Shown: positions 38,555-49,517, counted from the first letter of the stretch. The stretch is DNA of 64,000 bases from Deinococcales bacterium (GCA_043778225.1 JAYWGM010000101.1:64001-128000), one strand, 5' to 3'. Notes: generated from the sequence alone by a model not told the origin. A program made the numbers and translations.

Positions 38555-39615
38555 AACTTGCGATTATTGGTTGTGGCAACATCGCTGGACCGTACTCGGA
38601 TGATCTAAAAAAACGCCCAGACCTCGAGATTGTTGGATTTTACGACCTCGATATGGCTCGAGCGCAAAATTTTGCTGCCAAGTACGGTGGGGTTGTTTAC
38701 CCTAGCCTTGAGGCTGCACTGCAAGACCCCAAGGTCGAGATTATTGTCAACTTAACTATTTTTCAAGCCCATTACGAGGTTGTTAAAGCTGGTTTGCAAG
38801 CAGGAAAACACGTCTACAGCGAAAAACCGTTGGCACTCGAGGCAAAACACGCCTTTGAGTTGGTAGAACTTGCCAAAACCGTGGGTAAGCGCTTGGCTTG
38901 CGCCCCAATTACCTTTTTAGGCGAAGCCCAACAAACAGCCCTGCACGCCATTCGTCAAGGAAAAATCGGACAATTGCGGGTTATTTATGCCGAAGTCAAT
39001 CATGGACGAATCGAATCATGGCATCCAAACCCAGCCGCTTTTTATGATGTTGGACCAATGCTCGATGTTGGGGTCTATCCATTAGCACTGGTGACTTCGC
39101 TGCTTGGTGCGGCTGTTCGCCTCAGCAGTTTTGCTACGACACTTTATCCAAACCGAATCACCAAAGATGGCACGGCTTTTGCGGTCAGCAGCCCAGACTT
39201 TTATGTCGTCAATCTCGAATTTCCAAATAACATCATCATGCGTTTAACCTGCAATTTCTATGTCTCGGGCAGCAGTAAACAAGCCGAAAGCATTGAATTT
39301 CACGGCGACCACAGTTCTTTATACCTCGAGTCTTGGTTTGCTGCCAACAGCCGCTTAGAACAAGCCGAATTTGGCAAAAAAGAATACCAAAATGTACCAC
39401 TCTTGCAAGAACCGAACAGCCCACTCGACTGGTCTCGAGGGATTGATGATTTTGCAACCGCCATCCGCCAAAACCGAGCTTCTCGAGTGACCGGAGCCCA
39501 AGCCGCCCATATTGTTGAAATTCTTGAAGCTGCCAACATCAGCGCCAAAGAAGGTCGTCCGATCGATTTGGTTTCAAAATTTGAACCACCCGCCGCCATG
39601 GACTGGGCGATGTAG
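38551..39615 (+). CDS. Gfo/Idh/MocA oxidoreductase
   Basis: IIGCGNI, HVYSEKPLA, GPMLDVGVY. Confidence 0.92.
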   Translation: MKLAIIGCGNIAGPYSDDLKKRPDLEIVGFYDLDMARAQNFAAKYGGVVYPSLEAALQDPKVEIIVNLTIFQAHYEVVKAGLQAGKHVYSEKPLALEAKHAFELVELAKTVGKRLACAPITFLGEAQQTALHAIRQGKIGQLRVIYAEVNHGRIESWHPNPAAFYDVGPMLDVGVYPLALVTSLLGAAVRLSSFATTLYPNRITKDGTAFAVSSPDFYVVNLEFPNNIIMRLTCNFYVSGSSKQAESIEFHGDHSSLYLESWFAANSRLEQAEFGKKEYQNVPLLQEPNSPLDWSRGIDDFATAIRQNRASRVTGAQAAHIVEILEAANISAKEGRPIDLVSKFEPPAAMDWAM

Positions 39616-39634
39616 AATACTCCCAGGAGTTCTT

Positions 39635-40357
39635 ATGAAAATAGGTTTACAAATTTACAGTCTGCGCGATGCCCTCGAATCCGATTATCAAGGCACATTG
39701 CAAAAAGTGAAAAATATCGGCTATGCAGGCGCAGAGATTTTTGGCACACACCTGTCTGCCTTAAAAACCAAAGCCTTATTTGCTGATACGGGTCTTGAAA
39801 TAATCGGACATCATTTTTCTTTACCCGACCTCGAAAAAGATTTGGCTGCCTGTATTGCCCGTACTAAAGAAGTTGGCACGGATAACTTGGTTTGCTCGTG
39901 GAGTATGCCCAGCCCAACCCAAAGTTGGCAAGCGATTCTCGAGTCCCTAAAAAAGATAACACCAGAGGTACAAAGCGCTGGACTGAATTTTATGTACCAC
40001 AACCACGACCATGAAATCAGTCAGAATATAGAGGGTAAGCGCGTTTTGGATGCCATTTTGGAAATCTGCAACAGCGAACTCGATGTTGCTTGGGTACAGG
40101 CTGGCGGTGTAAGCCCAGCCGCTTACCTCGAGCAGAACGCCAGCAAAGTAAAACTGCTGCACATCAAAGACGTGCGGCTCGAGAACCAAAAATGGGAAAC
40201 CGTCAATCTTGGCACGGGTACTGTTCCACTGACCGAATGTTTGGCGGCTGCCCAAAAAACCTCGAGCCAGTGGCTAATTGTCGAGCAAGATAACAGCCCA
40301 GACCCAATAGCAAGCGCCAAGCACAATTTTGGGTGGCTCAAAGCGGCACTGGGTTAA
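39635..40357 (+). CDS. Sugar-phosphate isomerase/epimerase (TIM barrel)
   Basis: GLQIYSLRD, YHNHDHE, ELDVAW, HIKD, VEQD. Confidence 0.88.
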   Translation: MKIGLQIYSLRDALESDYQGTLQKVKNIGYAGAEIFGTHLSALKTKALFADTGLEIIGHHFSLPDLEKDLAACIARTKEVGTDNLVCSWSMPSPTQSWQAILESLKKITPEVQSAGLNFMYHNHDHEISQNIEGKRVLDAILEICNSELDVAWVQAGGVSPAAYLEQNASKVKLLHIKDVRLENQKWETVNLGTGTVPLTECLAAAQKTSSQWLIVEQDNSPDPIASAKHNFGWLKAALG

Positions 40358-40401
40358 AAAAATGGGGATACGTCTCGAAACCTATCCCCACAAAAACCCA
40401 A

Positions 40402-41028
40402 TCAGGCTTTGGGATGTACCTTTTGCACTTCGCCACCAAAAAGGTGCTTGAGGTCGCCCTTAAAGCTGTACTGCAAGTAATCGTTTTGCGGCACTTCGAG
40501 CGCCATCTCTTCGGCGACATTCATGTTCTCGAGGTACGCCCTGATGCAGCGAATGCTGTTGCCGTGTGCCGAAATCAAGATGTTTTTACCATCTCCAGCC
40601 GTGCGAATGAGTTCGTGAATAAAGGGATAAACCCGCATCTCGACCATTTTGACACTCTCGCCGTTGGGTGGTGGCACATCGTAGCTTCTGTGCCAAATTT
40701 TATACATATCGGGGAATTCGGTTTGAATATCGGTGTGTAAACGCCCACTCAGGTCGCCATAACTGCGCTCGATAATGCGGTCGTCGGTGATGATTGGCAC
40801 ACCATAGCTGTGCGGCGCGAGCAAAATATCCAAAGTATGCCGGCAGCGCAACAAACGGCTGGTGTAAGCCACATCAAAATGAATTCCAGAGAGTGTCTCG
40901 GCAATGGCGGTGGCTTGCTGCACACCAATTTCGGATATGTCCACATCCACCCAACCAGTAAAGGTTTTGGTGCCGCTTGCGTTAAAAGTTGTCTGCCCAT
41001 GCCGAACGATATAAAGATTGGATGCCAT
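40402..41028 (-). CDS. gpmA: 2,3-BPG-dependent phosphoglycerate mutase
   Basis: RHGQ, FTGWVD, ERSYGDL, PPNGES, AHGNS. Confidence 0.85.
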   Translation of the reverse strand: MASNLYIVRHGQTTFNASGTKTFTGWVDVDISEIGVQQATAIAETLSGIHFDVAYTSRLLRCRHTLDILLAPHSYGVPIITDDRIIERSYGDLSGRLHTDIQTEFPDMYKIWHRSYDVPPPNGESVKMVEMRVYPFIHELIRTAGDGKNILISAHGNSIRCIRAYLENMNVAEEMALEVPQNDYLQYSFKGDLKHLFGGEVQKVHPKA

Positions 41029-41046
41029 AAGCCGATTGTATCAGGT

Positions 41047-41099
41047 CTCGAGTCAGAGCAGCATCAGATGCTCGAGTCAGAGCCACTAGGTTACTCGAG
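41047..41099. repeat. Degenerate CTCGAG-anchored repeat, 23-24-bp spacing
   Basis: ctcgagtcagagc at 41047 and 41071; third CTCGAG at 41094. Confidence 0.6.
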
Positions 41100-41161
41100 T
41101 TACGTCATTTAGCCAATGAATTTGTGCATAAAAACCGTTATCATAGTCGAGGTGAGAGATA

Positions 41162-41572
41162 ATGTGTCGGTATGCGTTCAAAAATTACAAAAATCATTAT
41201 GCCTGTTTTGAATGCCGTAAAGCCTTCAAGCAGCCTTTTCTTATTGAAAAAATGACTCAAAAAATACCACAGGGAGTAGCACGAACAACAACTCGAGTTA
41301 TTCAGCACCAGACTGCAACCTGTCCACAATGCCACAAGCCAATGAACAGTATGGGGTTTGATTTCAAAGCACCCAAGCGGAGCGACAAAAAACAATGGGA
41401 GAAAGTAAAGCAACTCTTTAATGCGGGTTTTACTTATGTTTCATGTGGATGTGACGGACCTGGAACTCGTCCTCAGCATTTGCGTGAAGTGTCAGATTTT
41501 ATTCGTGAGCGTCGAAGATTAAGCGTTGGACAAAGATTACTTGAACAGTTCTCGAGGTATGGACGAGAATGA
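41162..41572 (+). CDS. Cys-rich zinc-ribbon hypothetical protein
   Basis: CFECRK...CPQC...GFDFKAPK...CGCDGPG; ATGA overlap with the methyltransferase. Confidence 0.7.
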   Translation: MCRYAFKNYKNHYACFECRKAFKQPFLIEKMTQKIPQGVARTTTRVIQHQTATCPQCHKPMNSMGFDFKAPKRSDKKQWEKVKQLFNAGFTYVSCGCDGPGTRPQHLREVSDFIRERRRLSVGQRLLEQFSRYGRE

Positions 41573-42495
41573 ATCAACTATTCCACACTGATGGTATCCA
41601 AGCCATTAAGCATCTGCCAGAATCTTCGGTGCATCTTATTCTCAGCGATATTCCTTACGGCATTGGCGCAGAAGATTGGGATGTACTGCACGAAAATACC
41701 AATTCGGCTTACCTTGGCTCGAGTCCAGCCCAGCAAACGGCAGGTTCGGTTTTTAAGAGCCGTGGCAAACCGATTAACGGTTGGTCAGAAGCTGACCGCG
41801 AGATTCCATTGCAGTATTACAAATGGTGTCAAACGTGGGCTGACCAGTGGTTGCGCGTCTTAAAACCGGGTGGTAGTGCAATTGTTTTTGCAGGTCGGCG
41901 TTATTCGCACCGATGTATTGCTGCCCTTGAAGATGTCGGCTTTAGTTTTAAGGATATGCTTTCGTGGCTTAAACCTCGAGCCGCCCACCGAGCGCAACGC
42001 CTGAGTCTGGTTTATGAACGTCGCACCAACCAAGAAGCCGCCGATGAATTTTTTGGCTGGCGTTTGGGCAATCTTCGTCCAACTTTTGAGCCGGTTTTGT
42101 GGTTTACAAAACCTTATAAAATCGGTACAACGGTGGCTGATAATGTTTTGCATCATGGTGTTGGTGCGTACAACGAAACCGCTTTTTTGAAATATAAAGA
42201 TTCGCCAGACAATGTTTTGCGAAGTGGCTTTGCGCCCAATGAAACTGGTTTTCACCCGACCCAAAAACCAGTCTTGCTGATGCAAGCCCTGATTGAACTG
42301 ACTACCCAAAAGGGACATGTGATTTTAGACCCATTTTGCGGCAGTGGTACAACTTTATTGGCGGCAAAACATCTGGAACGCAACTACCTTGGTTTTGAAA
42401 TTAACGAAAAATATGCCGCCATTGCCCAAGCTCGACTCGAGGACGATTTATTTGACCTCTTTGCCGAGCCAACTTTGCTTACTGCATCCATATGA
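41569..42495 (+). CDS. Beta-class amino DNA methyltransferase, M.HindIII-like, no adjacent endonuclease
   Basis: SDIPYG motif IV followed by HPTQKP and DPFCGSGTT; WD.LH.NTNSA, RGKP.NGWSEAD and HRAQR segments recalled from M.HindIII. Confidence 0.85.
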   Translation: MNQLFHTDGIQAIKHLPESSVHLILSDIPYGIGAEDWDVLHENTNSAYLGSSPAQQTAGSVFKSRGKPINGWSEADREIPLQYYKWCQTWADQWLRVLKPGGSAIVFAGRRYSHRCIAALEDVGFSFKDMLSWLKPRAAHRAQRLSLVYERRTNQEAADEFFGWRLGNLRPTFEPVLWFTKPYKIGTTVADNVLHHGVGAYNETAFLKYKDSPDNVLRSGFAPNETGFHPTQKPVLLMQALIELTTQKGHVILDPFCGSGTTLLAAKHLERNYLGFEINEKYAAIAQARLEDDLFDLFAEPTLLTASI

Positions 42496-43430
42496 CTTTT
42501 CTGGCTGCTATTCAAACTCAACTAGAAATAGAGGCATACCATACGACCAACGCCTTTAGCACTTGGATTCTCGAGCAGAGCGCCAAAGCCTTGGCTTCTC
42601 GAGACCCAAATACGCCCGCCCTGATTGCTTTTCCAGAGTTGATTGGTTTACCGCTTCTGTTTTTTCTCGAGCGGCAGACAAACGCCCAAACCCTGCAAGC
42701 TGCCGCCCTAGAACTTGCCAAAACCCATTGGCGCGAGGGGCTTAGGCTTGGCTGGCAACATCTACGCCTTGCCAGTTTGCTGTTACCCCGAGCGATTGCC
42801 ATGCACACCGCGATGCTGGCTGCTTTTGCTGTGGCGGCTCGAGAACACAATGCCTATATTGTGGCTGGCTCGAGCTTTTTGCCATTTATAGATGAAGAAG
42901 CGGCTCAGGGTATCTTTTTAGCCAACAGCCAAGTCCAAAATGTGTCTTTTTTGTTTGCTCCAAGTGGTAAACTGCTCTCAAGAAGCCCTAAAATGAACTT
43001 GACCAAAGGGTTTGAACGCCAATTGGGTTTACACACTGCACGGCTCGAGGATTGGCAACCAACCCAGACCAGAATTGGTAAAATTGGCACACTGATTTGC
43101 TACGATGCCTTTTTTGATTCGTGTATCCAAAAAGCCGATGCAACCGGCACACAAATTCTGGTTCAGCCAAGTGCCAATGCCGCCAAGTGGACTGGGGCGT
43201 GGAGCGCCGACTCGAGTTTAATCGAAGGGCAAGAATGGCTGGCTCGAGGTGCAATCCAACGGATTCAGCACTGCGAACATATCAAAGTGGTACTCAATCC
43301 GATGCTGGTTGGAAAACTGTTTGAGCTTGAATTTGAGGGTTGCTCGAATATTGGTTTTAATGGCACTCGAGAACCTATTTTTGCGCCTTCTTATACCAAT
43401 TTTGCGGTGGTTTCAGGGCTGCTCGAGTAA
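42492..43430 (+). CDS. Carbon-nitrogen hydrolase (nitrilase superfamily)
   Basis: FPE, K, ICYD catalytic-triad motifs. Confidence 0.85.
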   Translation: MTFLAAIQTQLEIEAYHTTNAFSTWILEQSAKALASRDPNTPALIAFPELIGLPLLFFLERQTNAQTLQAAALELAKTHWREGLRLGWQHLRLASLLLPRAIAMHTAMLAAFAVAAREHNAYIVAGSSFLPFIDEEAAQGIFLANSQVQNVSFLFAPSGKLLSRSPKMNLTKGFERQLGLHTARLEDWQPTQTRIGKIGTLICYDAFFDSCIQKADATGTQILVQPSANAAKWTGAWSADSSLIEGQEWLARGAIQRIQHCEHIKVVLNPMLVGKLFELEFEGCSNIGFNGTREPIFAPSYTNFAVVSGLLE

Positions 43431-44885
43431 ATTCTGTACTGCTGTTTTTAGATTTTCTTGTGCCATCTCGAGGTTCTGCACTTTTTGGCTATGCCAGTTT
43501 TTTGTTTGCTCGAGTCTCAGACCTGCTTTCTCCAGCGCCACCTGCACCACACTTGGCGCACTGCCCCCCAAGGTTGTGCGGCGCTCTACAAAGTTTTGTG
43601 GATTTAGCGCCCCCTGCACAAACTGGTCGGTTAGCTCGAGCCGAATTTCGGTCATGCTTTGGACAATCTCGGCTGTTAGTTGTGTCGGCTCTAAACTGTG
43701 CTGAACTGCATTATCTATGGTTCTCGAGACAATGGTATGGGCTGTTTTGAAGGTCAGACCCACCCCAACCAAGGCATCAGCTAAACCTGTGGCAGTAATA
43801 AAATGTTTTCCTGCGGCATGGCGCATTTTTGCGGTCTCAAAACTTGAAATCTCGAGAACAGCAGTTAGTAATCCAGTGGCAGCGCGGCTATCTTCAAGGG
43901 CTGATAGCACCACTGGCAAGAGCGGCTCAGCAACATCGTTGACATCGCCAAAGGGAATATGGTGGCACATCGTAAAAGCCGTTTGGGCTGCACCGTTGGC
44001 TCGAGCCAACTTAGCGCGGATGTGTTCCAAGACCACAGGATTGCGTTTTTGCGGCATGATGCTGCTGATTTGGACAAATGAATCTGCCACCCGAAAAAAA
44101 CCAGTTTCTTGAGTCGCCCAAAAAATCAGGTCATGTACCAGCCTCGAGAGGTTGGTGTTGCAAATCTGTAAAGCGCTCAGTAACTCAAGGCTGTGGTCGG
44201 AAGCCCCAACTGCATCTATGCCATTCTCGAGTAAGGACTCAAAACCCAGCCAATCAGCCACACTTTGACGGTTGATGGCAAAACCAGTCCCAGTCATGGC
44301 AACTGCCCCAAGCGGCGAAAGATTGATGCTCGAATAAGCGGCTTTAAGGCGTTGTAAATCGCGCTCAAGAACCCCAAGAATCCCAGATAAATAATGTCCA
44401 AGGGTGGTCGGTTGGGCTGGCTGATGATGGGTGTAGCCGGGCATCAGCCAAGTCAGACCTGCTAAGGCTCGAGTTTGTAGTACCACTCCTATTTGGGTGA
44501 CAACTTCGATTGCTTCGAGGGTTTCGCGGCGCAGTATCATCCGAATCAGGGCAGCATCGGTGTCGTTGCGACTGCGGGCAATATGCAGATTACCGGCTGC
44601 ATCTGTGCCAGCCAGTGCCAGAAGACGTGCCTCGAGTGCAAAAAATAAATCCTCGAAATTTTGAGAATAAGTAAAGGTTTCGCTCGCCACTGTCTCGAGG
44701 GCAGCACAAATTTTTTTGGCATGGTCTAGCTCGAGTAAACCAGACTGCCAAAGCATTAGGGCATGGGCGCGGCTGACCTCGAGTAGGGGCGCTAAAAAAT
44801 GTTGCTCAGCTTGGCGAAAATGTGGCTCGAGCAGATATTTTACATATTGCGGATTCCAGTCTTTTTTTGGCTTGGCTTGGCTCAT
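43413..44885 (-). CDS. argH: Argininosuccinate lyase
   Basis: [26 protein letters not shown]. Confidence 0.9.
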   Translation of the reverse strand: MSQAKPKKDWNPQYVKYLLEPHFRQAEQHFLAPLLEVSRAHALMLWQSGLLELDHAKKICAALETVASETFTYSQNFEDLFFALEARLLALAGTDAAGNLHIARSRNDTDAALIRMILRRETLEAIEVVTQIGVVLQTRALAGLTWLMPGYTHHQPAQPTTLGHYLSGILGVLERDLQRLKAAYSSINLSPLGAVAMTGTGFAINRQSVADWLGFESLLENGIDAVGASDHSLELLSALQICNTNLSRLVHDLIFWATQETGFFRVADSFVQISSIMPQKRNPVVLEHIRAKLARANGAAQTAFTMCHHIPFGDVNDVAEPLLPVVLSALEDSRAATGLLTAVLEISSFETAKMRHAAGKHFITATGLADALVGVGLTFKTAHTIVSRTIDNAVQHSLEPTQLTAEIVQSMTEIRLELTDQFVQGALNPQNFVERRTTLGGSAPSVVQVALEKAGLRLEQTKNWHSQKVQNLEMAQENLKTAVQNLLEQP

Positions 44886-44936
44886 GGTTCTATTCTGACC
44901 TTTGTGCTTTACCTTTTTGACCTTAGAATGCCTCAT

Positions 44937-45827
44937 ATGTCCGAACTTCCGACTCCCAAAGTCATTTCCCGACCCAATACAGCCCGTTTACTGATTAGCT
45001 GCCCCGATAAACGCGGTATTGTGGCGGCGGTATCGCAGTTTTTATTTAATCACAATGCCAACATCATCTCTTCAGACCAGCACAGCATTGACCCCGAAGG
45101 TGGGCGTTTTTTTATGCGCCAAGAATTTTCTTTAGAAGGACTAGACCTGACCAGAACGCAATTTGAACGGGCTTTTCAAGAAGTCGTGGCTACACCTTTT
45201 GGTATGGAATGGAGTTTATCCTATGCCACCGAACCCAAACGCATGGCGATTTTATGCAGCAAATACGATCATTGCCTCATGGATTTACTCTGGCGGGTGC
45301 GGCGCGGCGAATTTGACTGTGAAATCACGATGGTGATTAGCAACCACACCGACCTCGAGCCGGATGTGACCGCCTTTGAAATTCCGTACCATTTGGTCGA
45401 GTCGCAAAAAGGCACGGACAAAGCCAAGTCTGAAGCCGAAATCCTCGAGTTGTTGCACAACCAAGCCGATTTTGTGGTGCTGGCACGCTATATGCAGATT
45501 TTATCGGGCGATTTTTTAGAAAAGTTAGCCGTACCCGTGATTAACATCCACCATAGTTTTTTGCCAGCTTTTATTGGTGCAAATCCCTATAAAAGCGCCG
45601 CCCAACGTGGTGTTAAAATTATTGGTGCAACCGCCCATTATGTGACCGCCGAACTCGACGGTGGTCCAATTATCGAGCAAGATGTCTCGAGGGTGACACA
45701 CCGCGATGATGTCAAAGCCATGACCCGAGTCGGACGCGACATCGAACGGGCGGTGCTGGCTCGAGCCGTCAAAGCCCATCTCGAGGACAGGGTTTTGGTC
45801 TATCAGAATAAAACTGTGGTGTTTTAA
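44937..45827 (+). CDS. purU: Formyltetrahydrofolate deformylase
   Basis: [31 protein letters not shown]. Confidence 0.96.
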   Translation: MSELPTPKVISRPNTARLLISCPDKRGIVAAVSQFLFNHNANIISSDQHSIDPEGGRFFMRQEFSLEGLDLTRTQFERAFQEVVATPFGMEWSLSYATEPKRMAILCSKYDHCLMDLLWRVRRGEFDCEITMVISNHTDLEPDVTAFEIPYHLVESQKGTDKAKSEAEILELLHNQADFVVLARYMQILSGDFLEKLAVPVINIHHSFLPAFIGANPYKSAAQRGVKIIGATAHYVTAELDGGPIIEQDVSRVTHRDDVKAMTRVGRDIERAVLARAVKAHLEDRVLVYQNKTVVF

Positions 45828-46120
45828 GTCAAAACGCTCAGAATCAGTTGTGGGTCTCGCAATGCGACTGCAATCAAGACTTTAGCCGCGCCGCGTGGAT
45901 GCCGGCGGTTTTGTTCCCAGTTTTCGATGGTGCGTGGGCTGACACCAAGCAAACGGGCGAATTCGGCTCGAGGTAAATTCAGTTTGGCTCGAGCTTCTGC
46001 CACAGGCAGTTCACGGGTCGTGACTCGCCCTTCGAGCTTACCTTCGGCAATTTCTACAGCTTGCCTAGCGCTCTCGAGCAGCATGGTTTCAAATTCACTG
46101 ATTTTTTTTAGACGTGGCAT
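45824..46120 (-). CDS. HigA-like HTH antitoxin
   Basis: [22 protein letters not shown]; downstream of the toxin. Confidence 0.85.
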   Translation of the reverse strand: MPRLKKISEFETMLLESARQAVEIAEGKLEGRVTTRELPVAEARAKLNLPRAEFARLLGVSPRTIENWEQNRRHPRGAAKVLIAVALRDPQLILSVLT

Positions 46121-46427
46121 CTTTTAACCTCTCAATCAACTTCTTGAGTTCATTTTTTCCGTTATTACTGAGATTAGCAGCACTGTTTTTGGCGAAAGCA
46201 ACCAGCAGCCAAATTGTGTCGCCAATTTCAACATAGACAACCCGAATCCCGCCGCTTTTCCCACCTCCACTTCTTGCCCAACGCATTTTTCGAGCGCCAC
46301 CAGTGCCTGTCATGACTGCTCCAAGTTCCAAATTTTCGAGTAAAGCATTTTGTAGTTTTCGTTGTTCTTCATCGTCTAAAAGCTGGTCTATTGCACGGAT
46401 AAAATGAGGTGTTTCAATAAACCGCAT
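46095..46427 (-). CDS. RelE/HigB-family toxin
   Basis: FIET..F, GTGGARK.RW, GKSGGIRVVY. Confidence 0.9.
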   Translation of the reverse strand: MRFIETPHFIRAIDQLLDDEEQRKLQNALLENLELGAVMTGTGGARKMRWARSGGGKSGGIRVVYVEIGDTIWLLVAFAKNSAANLSNNGKNELKKLIERLKDATSKKNQ

Positions 46428-46436
46428 AGATTACTT

Positions 46437-46451
46437 TACGCCATTGGCGTA
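46437..46451. promoter_or_regulatory. Candidate TA autoregulatory operator
   Basis: TACGCCA-t-TGGCGTA palindrome about 10 bp upstream of the toxin start. Confidence 0.55.
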
Positions 46452-46498
46452 TATAAATCAAGTCTAGAATCTTTTTTTGAAATAGTACAATGAAGGCT

Positions 46499-47518
46499 AT
46501 GAGCAACAAATTACATTTGCTTTTGCTCGAGTGGTACGACACCCATGCTCGAGTCTTGCCGTGGCGACAAACCAAAGCTGGTTCTCGAGAACCTTACCAA
46601 GTTTGGCTTTCAGAAATTTTATTACAACAGACCCAAGTTTCTCGAGCCAGCAGTTATTACGAGTCTTTTCTCGAGGCTTTTCCGACCCTGCAAGACCTTG
46701 CGGCTGCGCCACTCGATACTGTCCTAAAACTCTGGGAGGGGGCTGGATACTATGCCCGCGCCAGAAGCCTGCACCGCGCCGCGCAAATCATGGCAGAAAG
46801 TGGCACACCGAGTGCTTATCTGGCTTGGCTCGAATTGCCAGGCGTTGGGCGCTATACGGCTGCTGCAATTGCCAGTTTAAGCACCAACCAAGCCGTGGCG
46901 GCGGTGGATGGCAATGTCCGCCGAGTATTGGCACGGCTCGAGAACAACGCTAACCCGTCTGAAGATTGGCTCTGGGCAACCGCCACAAGCTATCTTGAAA
47001 AAGACCGTGCTGGCGCATGGAACGAAGCCCTGATTGAACTTGGGGCAACGATTTGTAAACCAAAAAAACCGCTTTGTCTCGAATGTCCAATTGCAAAACA
47101 CTGTTTGGCTTTTCGTGCCAATACCATGCTGTCTGTGCCAGCCCCCAAAGCTCGAGCCAAAGTCAAACTGGTCAAGGCGGTGGCTTTATTGCTGCATTTT
47201 GGGGGCGAAGTCTACCTCGAGTTACGACCAAAAAACGGTTTGCTGGGTGGCTTATACGGTGTACCACTCGAGTCAATCAGCACCACCCTCGAGGCTGCGC
47301 TCGAGTTGCTACTCAAGCGCTACACACCCTTACACTCCTTGGGTGGGTGGTGCGGGGAGGTATCGCACACCATGACCCACCGCCAGTTTGAAATTTCGGT
47401 CTTTGCGCTCGAGTCTAAACGCCCCGATTTAGTGCGACCGACAACTCGAGCCATCGCTAACCTCGACCGTAAAATTCTTAAACTGCTCGAGTCTGGCTTA
47501 CCCGTCACCTCTTCTTGA
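46499..47518 (+). CDS. mutY: A/G-specific adenine glycosylase
   Basis: SEILLQQT, GYYARAR, LPGVGRYTA, VDGNV, CKPKKPLCLECP..KHC Fe-S motif. Confidence 0.95.
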   Translation: MSNKLHLLLLEWYDTHARVLPWRQTKAGSREPYQVWLSEILLQQTQVSRASSYYESFLEAFPTLQDLAAAPLDTVLKLWEGAGYYARARSLHRAAQIMAESGTPSAYLAWLELPGVGRYTAAAIASLSTNQAVAAVDGNVRRVLARLENNANPSEDWLWATATSYLEKDRAGAWNEALIELGATICKPKKPLCLECPIAKHCLAFRANTMLSVPAPKARAKVKLVKAVALLLHFGGEVYLELRPKNGLLGGLYGVPLESISTTLEAALELLLKRYTPLHSLGGWCGEVSHTMTHRQFEISVFALESKRPDLVRPTTRAIANLDRKILKLLESGLPVTSS

Positions 47519-48351
47519 CCAATCTGGTTGTAGAATACCCTGTGCGTGGTTCTCTTGGCGTTTTTAATTTGCTGGATTTGCTGCAACTCTTGTCGCAGAA
47601 TCAGTCAAAAGGCTGTTTGGTGGTTTACCATCCGTCTGAACGCGAGGGGCGAGTTTTTTTTGATTCTGGGCGGATAACCCATGTTGCTTTTGGCACAACC
47701 ACCGATGCCGAGGCGCTGCACGTGATGCTCAAAGACGAGCGCGGTAATTTTGAATTCCAACCCTCAAAAGCCCCCGCCAAAAAAACCATTGACCAAGCCT
47801 TTGATAACCTAATGCTCGAGGTCATCCGTGGCTTAGATGATGGCTCGAGTACAGTCGAGAAACAAATTCCAATTCCCGAAGAACTCGATACCCCCAGAAT
47901 TCTTGATGTCGCTAGGGTGAGTGCTTTAACCATGTCTGCCGACGAATTTGCGATTGTCCAACTGATCGATGGCGAGCGCACCGTGGTTAGTATTTCGCAA
48001 GCCACTTCACAGCCTTTGGAATCAGTCCAACGAACCCTGATTAGGCTCTCGAGCATGGGAATGCTCGAAATCAATAAGCGCAAAGCTCGGGTGGCGCGTT
48101 TGGTGATTGGTTTGTCTCGAGAAATGACCGGAATGCAAGTCTGCGTGGACGACGTGATTCTACGAGCTTGGGACAGGCAGCATGGTCGTCCGGTCAAAAA
48201 GGTACGAATGCGCGACGAAGCTGGGCGGGAGTTTATTTTTGAAGCCATCAGTGCGCCAAACTTAGGTGCATATGCGCTTTTTTCTAACAATGCCCTGACT
48301 CGCTTTGATTTACGTGCCGGTGGTAATGTGCTTATTAAACCCGAAGTCTAA
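47515..48351 (+). CDS. DUF4388 domain protein
   Basis: GSL..F.L.DLLQLL...KGCL, GRVFF..G.I.H pattern. Confidence 0.8.
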   Translation: MTNLVVEYPVRGSLGVFNLLDLLQLLSQNQSKGCLVVYHPSEREGRVFFDSGRITHVAFGTTTDAEALHVMLKDERGNFEFQPSKAPAKKTIDQAFDNLMLEVIRGLDDGSSTVEKQIPIPEELDTPRILDVARVSALTMSADEFAIVQLIDGERTVVSISQATSQPLESVQRTLIRLSSMGMLEINKRKARVARLVIGLSREMTGMQVCVDDVILRAWDRQHGRPVKKVRMRDEAGREFIFEAISAPNLGAYALFSNNALTRFDLRAGGNVLIKPEV

Positions 48352-48385
48352 GTTTAGGTGTACAGTATAACTCGAGGAGAAAATA

Positions 48386-49513
48386 ATGGCGCAAAGCGTG
48401 ACAATTGTGGACTTATTGCGGACGATGGTAGCGCGAGGCGTTTCTGATGTGCATTTGCAAGTTGGTTCACCACCAATGGGACGGGTTCATGGCACATTGA
48501 CGGCTTTTCACAGCGAAGCCCTAAAGCCCGACCAGACCAAAATGATTGGACGTACCCTTTTAACAACCGAACAATGGGAAGAATTTGAGTACCGTCATGA
48601 ACTCGACTTTGCCTATCTTGTGCCTAATGTGGCGCGTTTCCGTTGCAATATCTTTCGTCAGCGCGGCAGTATTGGCTTGGTCATGCGGGTTATCCCCGAT
48701 GCGATTGCCAGCTTTGAGAGTCTGGGGCTACCAGCCGATTTGATGGAAGAATTCTGCGGCAAAGAACGCGGTATTATTTTGACCACAGGTCCGACCGGTT
48801 CGGGCAAAAGTACCACCATGGCAGCCATTGTCGACAAAATTAACCGCACCTATGCTCATAACATCATCACCATCGAAGACCCAATCGAATACTTGCACCG
48901 CAATCAGCGCAGCCTTGTGGTGCAGCGTGAAGTTGGCTCAGATACCTCGGATTTTAAGAGCGCCCTGAAATATGCCATGCGTCAAGACCCCGATGTGATT
49001 ATGATTGGCGAGATGCGCGACAAAGAAACCGTTGAAGCCGCGATTACCGCCGCCCAGACGGGTCACTTGGTCTTGAGTACGCTGCACACCCAAGACGCGA
49101 TTCGCAGTGTCAACCGTATTATTGACTTTTTCCCGCCCCATGAGCGCGATCAAATCAGGATTTTGTTTGCCGAATCTTTGGTCGGTATTTTATCACAGCG
49201 CTTATTGCCTCGAGCCGATGGTTCTGGACGGGTGCTGGCATTGGAAGTGATGATTAACACGCCACTTATCCGCGACTACATCAAAGACGAAAACAAAACC
49301 CCAGAAATTAAAGATGCGATGCGCGAAGACAACAACCGTGGCATGACCACCTTCGATCAACATTTGGTACAGTTGTATTTCTCGGGCATGATTTCTTTTG
49401 AGGAAGGTTTGTCGGCTGCCACCAGTCCAGACGAGTACAAACTGATGATTACCCAAGGTTCAACCGCCCACAATTCATTCACTTCTCAAGGCAACGCTCA
49501 CGCCCCATCCTAG
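48386..49513 (+). CDS. pilT: PilT/PilU-family retraction ATPase
   Basis: GPTGSGKSTT, TIEDPIE, AMRQDPD, GEMRD, TGHLVLSTLH. Confidence 0.9.
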   Translation: MAQSVTIVDLLRTMVARGVSDVHLQVGSPPMGRVHGTLTAFHSEALKPDQTKMIGRTLLTTEQWEEFEYRHELDFAYLVPNVARFRCNIFRQRGSIGLVMRVIPDAIASFESLGLPADLMEEFCGKERGIILTTGPTGSGKSTTMAAIVDKINRTYAHNIITIEDPIEYLHRNQRSLVVQREVGSDTSDFKSALKYAMRQDPDVIMIGEMRDKETVEAAITAAQTGHLVLSTLHTQDAIRSVNRIIDFFPPHERDQIRILFAESLVGILSQRLLPRADGSGRVLALEVMINTPLIRDYIKDENKTPEIKDAMREDNNRGMTTFDQHLVQLYFSGMISFEEGLSAATSPDEYKLMITQGSTAHNSFTSQGNAHAPS

Positions 49514-49517
49514 GTGC

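Noticed and set aside
41569..42495. This methyltransferase as the cause of CTCGAG enrichment
   Set aside because: Its sequence resembles the HindIII (AAGCTT) beta-class type rather than XhoI/PaeR7I-type enzymes; specificity is untested.
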